A stretch of DNA of 64,000 bases from Candidatus Woesearchaeota archaeon (GTDB lineage: Archaea; Nanobdellota; Nanobdellia; Woesearchaeales; JACJVW01): contig JACJVW010000001.1 in the NCBI GenBank assembly GCA_020637435.1, positions 699,009-763,008 on the forward strand, given 5' to 3'. A program made the translations under genes and the position numbers. Position 1 is the stretch's first letter. Every line of letters begins with the position of its first letter. Shown here piece after piece: positions 9,979 through 17,588 of the stretch. Under the pieces are notes generated by a model that saw only the letters and a program-made list of their open reading frames with translations, was not told the DNA's origin and made no database searches.

Positions 9979-10099
9979 ATCTTAGAGGTATATAAAATTA
10001 TTCAATATATATGACTATATATCATAATATATATTATATTCCATAAATATATACCTTTCTTTGGGCTCTTTACGTATAACACGATTTGAGGTGATTTAC

Positions 10100-10588
10100 A
10101 TGAAGAAGGATCTGTTGATTGTTGCTCATCTGCGAAAGAACGGAAGAGAGACACTGACGAACATGAGTAAGAAGACCAATATTCCTATATCGACCATATA
10201 CGAACGACTGAAGCACAACGACGTCATAACTAGGCATACCGCATTGCTGGATTTTTCCAAGCTGGGCTACAAGGCGAGAGCCAATGTCCTCATCAAGCTT
10301 TCAGCGTCGGCAAGAGACGGATTTATAGAGGCGATGAACTGCTCCAGCATGGTGAACACTGTGTACCGGGTGAACAATGGATTTGATTTTATGGTCGAGG
10401 TGCTCGGTAGGGACCATATCGCACTTGAACAGTACGTAGCTGATTTGGAGACGCGCTTCCTACCTGAAAAGCTTCAGGTGCACTACATCCTGGGCACTCT
10501 TGCCCATGAACGGTTTCTCAGTGACCCCTCAATCATATACGCTGACGCGACAGTGCAAGAACGCAAAAATCATGCAGTTATGGGTTAA
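10100..10588 (+). CDS. Lrp/AsnC-family transcriptional regulator
   Basis: MKKDLLIVAHLRKNGRETLTNMSKKTNIPISTIYERLKH (HTH) plus a C-terminal RAM-like domain. GAGGTGAT SD sits 4 nt before the ATG at 10100. The track ORF starts earlier, at 10061. Confidence 0.75.
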   Translation: MKKDLLIVAHLRKNGRETLTNMSKKTNIPISTIYERLKHNDVITRHTALLDFSKLGYKARANVLIKLSASARDGFIEAMNCSSMVNTVYRVNNGFDFMVEVLGRDHIALEQYVADLETRFLPEKLQVHYILGTLAHERFLSDPSIIYADATVQERKNHAVMG

Positions 10589-10637
10589 CTTTAAATACTA
10601 CAGATACAGATAAACCACTATAAATTGAGGTGATATT

Positions 10638-10907
10638 GTGAATACTAAAGCACAAGGCTTATCGATGAATGTCATCATCGTCGCTGCACTGGCACTATTG
10701 GTTCTCGTCATTGTCTCTGTAATTTTCATGTCAAGATCAAGTACCTTTGTCATTGAGTCCAGAGGTTGTGAGAGTAGCGGCGGCACATGCGTAGACGATC
10801 CAAGCGAATGTCCTGCAGGGACTAAAGCGACAGGTATATCATCCCTGACGTGCACTGACAGCAGTGGCGAGCCGAATGGCAGGATCTGTTGCATAGCTGG
10901 AGAATAA
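10638..10907 (+). CDS. Mini pilin-like protein with C-terminal 6-Cys knob
   Basis: GTG start after GAGGTGAT. MNTKA|QGLSMNVIIVAALALLVLVIVSVIF. Cys pattern C-x6-C-x6-C-x13-C-x11-CC. Confidence 0.7.
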   Translation: MNTKAQGLSMNVIIVAALALLVLVIVSVIFMSRSSTFVIESRGCESSGGTCVDDPSECPAGTKATGISSLTCTDSSGEPNGRICCIAGE

Positions 10908-10909
10908 AC

Positions 10910-11164
10910 ATGATTTTTAATCGAAAAGCTCAGGGATTATCTATGAACACCATTATCATAGCTGCCCTGGCTATTCTTGTTCTTATTGTTCTTGCAGTCA
11001 TCTTCGGCAACAAAGGTCGTGACTTCGCCAACAACACGAGAAGCTGCGAAAATCTTGGCGGCGAGTGCAAATCAGAATGCGATGCTGACCTTGAGCGCAA
11101 GCACATCGGCAAGACCAACTGCGGCGACGTCAGTTATTGCTGCATCCGCATCTACGACCAATAA
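10910..11164 (+). CDS. Mini pilin-like protein with C-terminal 6-Cys knob (paralog of 10638)
   Basis: ATG at 10910 gives MIFNRKA|QGLSMNTIIIAALAILVLIVLAVIF. Cys pattern C-x6-C-x3-C-x13-C-x5-CC. Shares the CE(S/N)xGGxC motif with its neighbour. Confidence 0.7.
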   Translation: MIFNRKAQGLSMNTIIIAALAILVLIVLAVIFGNKGRDFANNTRSCENLGGECKSECDADLERKHIGKTNCGDVSYCCIRIYDQ

Positions 11165-11288
11165 CACACAGCAATCTAATCTTTCTTTTTCATACTTAAG
11201 AGAGTACTCAATGTAACTCCTATTGCCCACATACAAAACCACAGTATCTTGGACAATCTTTATATAGCCGTCTCCCTGTAAACACCGT

Positions 11289-11414
11289 ATGGCAGACGAG
11301 GACACAGGCGAATTTAGCCATCTGGTCAAGTTCATCATCTTGGCCGTCATGATAATAATCATACTGGTGATTTTCGGCACCAAATTCATGTCCTGGGTCC
11401 AGTCGTCATTCTAA
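11289..11414 (+). CDS. 41-aa single-TM mini-ORF (candidate, below ORF-track cutoff)
   Basis: MADEDTGEFSHLVKFIILAVMIIIILVIFGTKFMSWVQSSF. Stop codon is 1 nt before the next start. Same strand as the whole locus. Confidence 0.35.
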   Translation: MADEDTGEFSHLVKFIILAVMIIIILVIFGTKFMSWVQSSF

Positions 11415-11415
11415 G

Positions 11416-12207
11416 ATGAAAGCGCAGGTATTTGGTTCAACAGTCAATATGATACTTCTCCTTGCGGCAGCGGTAGTCCTCATTGGATTCGTCGGCATGT
11501 TTGTCGCAAACACCGTAAAAGGAGAGTCCATCGAAGCCTGCAGGCTAAGCTTCCTTGCCGCATCCTATGATTTCACAGGCGAAGTCCTGGATTTCGATTG
11601 CCCGATAAGGGAAGTCAGCATAAGCAAGCGCGACATCTACAAAGGTGAAGACCTTAAAGAAAATACGCTCAACAGGATCCTCGCTGAAGAGCTTCGCATC
11701 TGCAACTACATGACCGCGGAAGCAAAACACTATCCCTTTGATTCAGAATTGTTCTCGCAAAACACAGCTTGCATCATCTGTGCCGACATTTCTTTTGACG
11801 AATCAATAAGCGAAGATGGACGGTACACCATCTATTCCCACGATGTAAACGAATATCTCAAATCCACCATTCTTCCCAAAGGCACGCAGACCTATGCTGA
11901 ATATCTCGAAGCCAACAGGGACATAGATTTTGACAAAGGCATAACATACATAGAGTCCATCAAAAAAGACACCGTACGCGGAACTCGCTTTGTCCCTAAA
12001 TACACGAACCTCCCCTACGTCTCCACGGTAGATAGCAATCAACGATACTTTGTGGTCTACCAATACGTTGTACCCTCAGACACAGAGTCGGCTTGGGATA
12101 CGGTAGTAGGTTGGGTTACTGACCGCTCAACCGGCCCAAACTCAGCCATCTTCCTCATCGATGAAGAGAACTTACAGTACATGAGTTGTGATATGATTGC
12201 GAACTAA
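11416..12207 (+). CDS. Class III signal peptide protein, pilin-like (263 aa)
   Basis: MKA|QVFGSTVNMILLLAAAVVLIGFVGMFV. Conserved Cys/ILAEEL pattern shared with the next gene. Confidence 0.7.
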   Translation: MKAQVFGSTVNMILLLAAAVVLIGFVGMFVANTVKGESIEACRLSFLAASYDFTGEVLDFDCPIREVSISKRDIYKGEDLKENTLNRILAEELRICNYMTAEAKHYPFDSELFSQNTACIICADISFDESISEDGRYTIYSHDVNEYLKSTILPKGTQTYAEYLEANRDIDFDKGITYIESIKKDTVRGTRFVPKYTNLPYVSTVDSNQRYFVVYQYVVPSDTESAWDTVVGWVTDRSTGPNSAIFLIDEENLQYMSCDMIAN

Positions 12208-13060
12208 AGCCCAGGCCATGGAGAAGATTGTATACGCCACCGTGGCGCTCATGGCAGTCACCATGCTCTCCTACTACATCTACGGCACCATGATTAGTCT
12301 AAGCGAGCGCCATGACGATGAAATATGCAAAGAATCAGTATTCACCAACTACCTTTTGAGTCAAAAAGGCATTGAATCCGACGAAATCCTCTGTCCTACA
12401 AAATACACCACTATCAAAGGCAACGAAAAGAAAGCCCTGGCAGAAGAACTGGAACGCTGTTGGTGGATGCATCACGAAGGCAAGCTCGAACTTTTCTCTG
12501 AAGAAAAAATATACTGCTCCGTCTGCTCCGTTGTTCGCTTTGAAGGCGACGGTACGCTTGAGGGATTCGGAGACTACATGATGACCGCAGAGCGCAAAGA
12601 CGGTTCTACCTACCTCTCTTACCTGGCATCAGTCGAGACAGAACGCGCAGCAGACCTCATCCAGGATGACAACGCATTCCAACAGCTCGATATGGCCTCA
12701 AATTCGATTGACCGTTCCAAACCCCATTCTATAATTTTCGTCTATGCCAAGGGTGAGAACTGGGTCGGTGAGCTCTTTGATACGATAGGCAGAACGACCA
12801 CAACACTGACCGTGGGCACAGTTAGCTCGCTTGGTAGTGGTGCCGTGTTCTTCCTCGTGACCCCTGCAGGAGCCGTATGGGGTGTAAGCGCGGTTGCTGC
12901 TGCACTTTCTGTTGGCACAATTGCAGGTTTTGCTGCTTTATTTGCAGAAGAGGACGCGCACACATCATTTATTATACTAAAAGAACATCAACAAGATGAA
13001 TTAAGAGACTTAGGCTGCCAGGTATTCCCGGCAGTCCAGAAGGATATCCAAAATGAATAG
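12197..13060 (+). CDS. Class III signal peptide protein, pilin-like, with two C-terminal TM helices (paralog of 11416)
   Basis: A TTG start gives (M)RTKA|QAMEKIVYATVALMAVTML. The in-frame KAQ motif favours TTG over the ATG at 12218. Contains ALAEELERCWWM and YCSVCSVVRFEG. Confidence 0.6.
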   Translation: MRTKAQAMEKIVYATVALMAVTMLSYYIYGTMISLSERHDDEICKESVFTNYLLSQKGIESDEILCPTKYTTIKGNEKKALAEELERCWWMHHEGKLELFSEEKIYCSVCSVVRFEGDGTLEGFGDYMMTAERKDGSTYLSYLASVETERAADLIQDDNAFQQLDMASNSIDRSKPHSIIFVYAKGENWVGELFDTIGRTTTTLTVGTVSSLGSGAVFFLVTPAGAVWGVSAVAAALSVGTIAGFAALFAEEDAHTSFIILKEHQQDELRDLGCQVFPAVQKDIQNE

Positions 13061-13181
13061 CAACGCGATGGTACTCTCCAAACTGCTAGCAGCAGGAATT
13101 GCTTTGCTCCTGCTCGTCGTCCTGCTTATCATTCTGAGTGACGCAGGCTCATCATTGTTTCAGGTGGAGTTCCCATGGTAA
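13053..13181 (+). CDS. 42-aa single-TM mini-ORF (candidate)
   Basis: MNSNAMVLSKLLAAGIALLLLVVLLIILSDAGSSLFQVEFPW. Overlaps the upstream stop by 8 nt and the downstream start by 7 nt. Confidence 0.35.
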   Translation: MNSNAMVLSKLLAAGIALLLLVVLLIILSDAGSSLFQVEFPW

Positions 13182-13681
13182 AAGGTGAGATGACCACTTC
13201 CACTCTGGTGGGAGCCGCAATAGTCGTGATTCTCTTCCTCGTCCTGACCATCTTCCCCGGTAAAATTCAGGATGCCTGGACAGGCATGAAAAGCATCTTC
13301 GGAGAAAATGACCCTGATGTACTCTATGACAAAGGCGTTGACAGTTATCTCGATGGCGAATACACCGCTGCAAAAAAGAGTCTAACCTCCTTCATCAACA
13401 CATTTCCCGGCCATCCAAACGTGACAGCTGCAAAAATACACTTAGCTATGGTCCACGCAGCCCAAGGCAACAAGAAATCCTCCTCCGATCTGATTGAAGA
13501 AATACTTAAGACTGACAACCTTCCAGGAGACGTCGCATCACCCCTTTACTCCCAAGAACGAGAAATCTCATCATCATCAACCTCTTACGACTGGGGTTGC
13601 ATCAACTATGGTTCAGCCGGCTGCATATACGGCATAAAGGCGAACACCGACCCCTGCATATGTCGCATGGGCATTGAATAA
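13175..13681 (+). CDS. Pilin-like N-terminus fused to TPR/YbgF-like repeat region
   Basis: MVKG|EMTTSTLVGAAIVVILFLVLTIF. Then YDKGVDSYLDGEYTAAKKSLTSFINTFPGHPNVTAAKIHLAMVHAAQG, which is TPR-like. Confidence 0.6.
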   Translation: MVKGEMTTSTLVGAAIVVILFLVLTIFPGKIQDAWTGMKSIFGENDPDVLYDKGVDSYLDGEYTAAKKSLTSFINTFPGHPNVTAAKIHLAMVHAAQGNKKSSSDLIEEILKTDNLPGDVASPLYSQEREISSSSTSYDWGCINYGSAGCIYGIKANTDPCICRMGIE

Positions 13682-13713
13682 CCCCAGTAAATTTTATTAA
13701 CTCACATCTCAAA

Positions 13714-13983
13714 ATGATACTTATGAACAAAAAAGCAATGACGCAGGAAGCGGTCATCAAAATGGCACTTGGTGTACTCGTATTGCTGGTGCTCATTTTC
13801 CTGTTCACCGACCAGGCTCGAAATTTCGGAGGCATTGTAGGCAATACTTGCGATTGCACTAACCACGAAAAGGCTCTGGAAAACGCTTGCGAAGAAGGAG
13901 AAACACTAACCTACGGCAAACTCAAAGAAGATTGTGAAGGTACAACCAAGGGGGCGAGGGTAAGATGCTGCGTCAAAAAATAG
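13714..13983 (+). CDS. Mini pilin-like protein with C-terminal 6-Cys knob (third member)
   Basis: MILMNKKA|MTQEAVIKMALGVLVLLVLIFLF. Cys pattern C-x-C-x10-C-x14-C-x10-CC. Confidence 0.65.
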   Translation: MILMNKKAMTQEAVIKMALGVLVLLVLIFLFTDQARNFGGIVGNTCDCTNHEKALENACEEGETLTYGKLKEDCEGTTKGARVRCCVKK

Positions 13984-14402
13984 GCATGACTACAAGCACA
14001 CTTATCTCCATGGCTCTTGGTATAGTGCTCTTCATCGTCCTTCTCTTCATGATACAAAACGGTTCGCTCATGGCGTTCTGGGACAGTTCGACGGGTATCG
14101 TCGATTCAGCACAGGTCCAGGCCTGTATGAAAGACCAGGAGCTCAATAACAAGAATCAGGAAGACTGTGACAACGACGGCATCTACGATGTCTGCGACTT
14201 CTGTCTTGGTGCCGACAACCGTCTCGACGGGGATAATGATGGTACTCCAGACCATTGTGATGAAGACCCCGGCAATTCCAAAAAGAAGAAATGCAATGGC
14301 GAACTTATAGAATTGGGAAACTACAAATATTGCGAAGCTCATGAAATCTCAGGTTGCGAAGAGAAAGCAGACTACTTCAGAGAATTAGCCGGAGAGAAGT
14401 AA
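13965..14402 (+). CDS. Pilin-like N-terminus fused to TSP3-like Ca-binding loops
   Basis: MLRQKIG|MTTSTLISMALGIVLFIVLLFMI shares MTTSTL with 13175. Also DCDNDGIYDVCDFCLGADNRLDGDNDGTPDHCDEDP. Alternative start at the ATG at 13986. Confidence 0.6.
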   Translation: MLRQKIGMTTSTLISMALGIVLFIVLLFMIQNGSLMAFWDSSTGIVDSAQVQACMKDQELNNKNQEDCDNDGIYDVCDFCLGADNRLDGDNDGTPDHCDEDPGNSKKKKCNGELIELGNYKYCEAHEISGCEEKADYFRELAGEK

Positions 14403-14403
14403 A

Positions 14404-15444
14404 ATGAACAAGCGGGGCGAATCTTCAACAATGGTCCCCGAACAGGTAGTCAATGCGGCTATCGCAGCTGTACTCGTCCTTGTGGTTCTTTCGGTCATAA
14501 TCGCCTTCGTCTGGAACCTCTTTGATGTCCGAGACACTTCTGAAAAAAACTTTGACCGACTCATAGAAAAAATAAATCAACTTTCTGCCGCAAATGGGGA
14601 ATACACCGTCTATCCTTCCGTACCTTTCACAATCCAGGAAGATTATTCCGTCATCGCCTTCAATCCCGGACAGCCTACCGTGGAGTTCAACGCACCATGG
14701 TACAAGATTTGGACCAGCACTGATGAAGTGGAACGTCCAGAAGAGTGCAGGCTACGGGTCTCAGCATGCATCTGCCTCTACAAAGACACAGATGTAGTCA
14801 AATGTCACACGCTCTCCCAGACCACCTATTTCGGAGCAACAACCCTTGATGTTGGGCTTATCACTACAGTAGCCCTACCTTTCAGCAGTGATGATTCTAT
14901 GATGCTTGCCCTTGAGCAGGATGGGTATTCAAGCAGGCTTCAGGATGAGTATGCGCAAATCTTCTTTCCCTCAGCTGTAGATTGGGGATTAACGAAGAAA
15001 GATGTGGATTGGAACGCACAGCTGCTCTATATGGACATGGTTAATTCTGGCGAGCACAAATACATCATGATAACACCTGCCAAAAACACCACTGAGCTGA
15101 AGAATAAACGAAAAGAGACTATGGATTACGAAAAGGCCTACCGTTTAGAACAGGAAATATATGATATTGCGGCAGGGGCGCAAAATGAGGAGAACATGCT
15201 CCTTCTCTACTCAAAATGCTATGAACTCTTCGGCGTCCACCCTGAAGTGTACCCTACAGAAATCTGTGACAATCTGGTCTGCCAGGACCTGCAAAGTGAT
15301 GAGAAAGGGAACTGTGAGATTGAGAATCACTGCATCTGTCTTCCCTTTTATGGAGAAGAGTACTGCGATAATAGCGCAAACAGATTCTGCTACGACACTG
15401 GCTGCTCAGACATTGAGATATCAGGCGCAGACTGCGGATATTAA
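14404..15444 (+). CDS. Pilin-like N-terminus protein with Cys-rich C-terminal tail (346 aa)
   Basis: MNKRG|ESSTMVPEQVVNAAIAAVLVLVVLSVIIAF. C-terminal CDNLVCQDL...CEIENHCICLPFYGEEYCDNSANRFCYDTGC. Confidence 0.65.
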   Translation: MNKRGESSTMVPEQVVNAAIAAVLVLVVLSVIIAFVWNLFDVRDTSEKNFDRLIEKINQLSAANGEYTVYPSVPFTIQEDYSVIAFNPGQPTVEFNAPWYKIWTSTDEVERPEECRLRVSACICLYKDTDVVKCHTLSQTTYFGATTLDVGLITTVALPFSSDDSMMLALEQDGYSSRLQDEYAQIFFPSAVDWGLTKKDVDWNAQLLYMDMVNSGEHKYIMITPAKNTTELKNKRKETMDYEKAYRLEQEIYDIAAGAQNEENMLLLYSKCYELFGVHPEVYPTEICDNLVCQDLQSDEKGNCEIENHCICLPFYGEEYCDNSANRFCYDTGCSDIEISGADCGY

Positions 15445-15547
15445 AATGAGGCCAACTTCTGGAAACTTAGACCTTAAGTTCCTGAATCTTCCGGACATCT
15501 TAACCTACATAATCCTAAAAGCGGGTTTTTCCTTCATTACCCCCTGA

Positions 15548-15558
15548 ATATTTATAAA
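15548..15558 (+). promoter_or_regulatory. Internal TATA-like box for the 15582 transcription unit
   Basis: atatttataaa centred about 28 nt before the ATG at 15582. Lies in the only sizeable spacer (137 nt) of the locus. A T-run (gggttttt) sits just upstream. Confidence 0.4.
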
Positions 15559-15581
15559 CTCAAACACCCTAAAAACCCGTA

Positions 15582-16553
15582 ATGCTGCGCAGTAAAAAGG
15601 GTGACTTGCAGCAGGAGATAATCCTGCATGCGATAGACTTCGTCATATTGGTAGCTTTCTTGCTTATCTGCCTGCAGATTGTTGATGGAATCGAAGAGAA
15701 TAGGGTCTTCGACAAGAATTTTCTCGCCAAAGACCTTGCCCTTACTGCAAGCGTGGTTGCGGCCGCGCCCGAAGATATCAGCACCATCTACGACCCGGGT
15801 GCTTTCGACTCACGGCTTTCCTATTTCGACTACGTCTTTGAAGACCACAAGATGACCGTCATCACCAAGCAGGGTGTCAAAGTCTACGCTCCGTACTCCT
15901 ATCCTGAGCAAGCGGAAGCGAAGATACCTAATGTGGTCAAACCGGAATCCCTCTTTTTCGAAAAGATCGGCAACGCCTTCTATATCTCACTCACACCGCA
16001 CGACCTGCCAGAGCGAAAAGACCTCTGCGATGGAGTGCAAAAAGTGCAAAAGGCGCCTCTCCATATTACTTCAGGCACCGGCCTCACCGACCTAAGCGCC
16101 TATCCTGATGCAGCGGAAGTGGAATTCCTGGCGCTGGATGTTCAGGACACGCTCATACTCGCGGGACTTCAGATACAGCAGTATCTTGATGAAGGAACGC
16201 TCTTCATAAGCTTGCAACCGGGAATAAGCAATGATGAAATACAACCAATTACAATTCACTTCACAGCAAACACGCGCGGTATCGCATGCGGTATCAGGAA
16301 TATGTTCCAAAATGATCTTGCATTGCAGTCATGGTTCTCCAACCAATTAATGCGGGTAACTATGCATGAAATCCCTTCAAACATTGATGAGGCAGATATT
16401 CGAGCAACAGAAGCAAAAGGCGTAGTCGTCATTGAGCTGGGCAATGTCGCCGCATATGATAATCTATTTTCAACTACAACCAAAGACAATACACAACCGT
16501 ACAGAAAAACGGTTCAGGACATAGCAGATGGTATCAAGGAAGGTATCGAATAA
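15582..16553 (+). CDS. Pilin-like N-terminus protein (323 aa)
   Basis: MLRSKKG|DLQQEIILHAIDFVILVAFLLICLQIV. Confidence 0.6.
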   Translation: MLRSKKGDLQQEIILHAIDFVILVAFLLICLQIVDGIEENRVFDKNFLAKDLALTASVVAAAPEDISTIYDPGAFDSRLSYFDYVFEDHKMTVITKQGVKVYAPYSYPEQAEAKIPNVVKPESLFFEKIGNAFYISLTPHDLPERKDLCDGVQKVQKAPLHITSGTGLTDLSAYPDAAEVEFLALDVQDTLILAGLQIQQYLDEGTLFISLQPGISNDEIQPITIHFTANTRGIACGIRNMFQNDLALQSWFSNQLMRVTMHEIPSNIDEADIRATEAKGVVVIELGNVAAYDNLFSTTTKDNTQPYRKTVQDIADGIKEGIE

Positions 16554-17067
16554 AGGTATATCGACCCTAAGCATGGTCGGATACTTCTGGAAAATCTCTC
16601 TAATAACGGTAGTTTTCTTTGCGTTCTACTTCCTTGTGAAATCTATGGTAGTATCAGACTTTGACACCAGCACAGTGGAAGCAGAACTCTTCTTTTACCA
16701 GACAGTCTATGCAAAAAAGGGCATATCCTACTACGACAGTGTTATCGACAAAGTCTACCCCGGCAAGATTGACCTGGCAAGGGTCAAGGACAAATCGACC
16801 ATTGAAGCAGAGCTTCTACAGACCTTTGACTATGGTGGTGCGGAACCTCGGTTAGCTGCAAAATACATATTGGAAGACGCTTCGGGAAAAGAGCTTGCCA
16901 CCTGGTACTACGACGAAGACATGTATGATAATCTTATTGCCGTGGCATTTGGCACTGGCGCGGGAGCTGCAATCGAAGTCACGCACTCCTTATATGTTAT
17001 AATTATTGATGAGGGAAAAAAACGTTCAGGGGTGCTCAAAGCCTCCATCGTTAAGCAAAATTCATGA
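16528..17067 (+). CDS. Pilin-like N-terminus protein (179 aa; start uncertain)
   Basis: ..SNKG|ISTLSMVGYFWKISLITVVFFAFYFLV. Alternative ATG at 16573. Confidence 0.55.
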   Translation: MVSRKVSNKGISTLSMVGYFWKISLITVVFFAFYFLVKSMVVSDFDTSTVEAELFFYQTVYAKKGISYYDSVIDKVYPGKIDLARVKDKSTIEAELLQTFDYGGAEPRLAAKYILEDASGKELATWYYDEDMYDNLIAVAFGTGAGAAIEVTHSLYVIIIDEGKKRSGVLKASIVKQNS

Positions 17068-17588
17068 AACGGGCAAATGTAACAGGGGCATTGGTGCTTA
17101 TCTTTAGTGTCATCGCTCTCATTCTCATGTTCCTTGTCTTCTACATCATTGCGGGCCAGGAAGACCAGAAAGTCTTCTCAGACAAAAATGAAGCTGAGTC
17201 TCTTGACGCGGACATCATGCTGCGAAACATCCTGGATACGCCCTCCACTAAAGGCACTGTACGTGACCTCATTGAGTACGACCTTGTGCAGATGACCTGG
17301 AAGGACACCTTTAGAGACAGCAGCTATGAAGATGAACTGGAGACCATCATGGAAAAGCTCTTTCCTCTGATGAGACACCAAATAAAAGTAGCAGATGAAA
17401 CATGTGAGCGAAGAAGTATATTTCGGGTCTATGTTACGCAGGGAAGCCCTGATACTTATACCGATGATGAGGGCTGGACAACCGCATGCCCCTCTCTTGG
17501 AAGGTTGCAGGAAGTAAGAAAAGAAATCACACTCTCAACAGGGCGCACCGTAATGGTAGGTCTTGAATTCATGTACAGGGAAATATGA
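17064..17588 (+). CDS. Pilin-like N-terminus protein (174 aa)
   Basis: MKRA|NVTGALVLIFSVIALILMFLVFYII. ATGA overlap with the upstream gene. Confidence 0.6.
   Translation: MKRANVTGALVLIFSVIALILMFLVFYIIAGQEDQKVFSDKNEAESLDADIMLRNILDTPSTKGTVRDLIEYDLVQMTWKDTFRDSSYEDELETIMEKLFPLMRHQIKVADETCERRSIFRVYVTQGSPDTYTDDEGWTTACPSLGRLQEVRKEITLSTGRTVMVGLEFMYREI

Noticed and set aside
11072-11389. 105-aa minus-strand ORF in the gap between pilin-like genes
   Set aside because: It runs against a strictly co-directional locus and overlaps the end of 10910-11164. The + strand 41-aa TM mini-ORF, which is stop-coupled to the next gene, explains the gap better.
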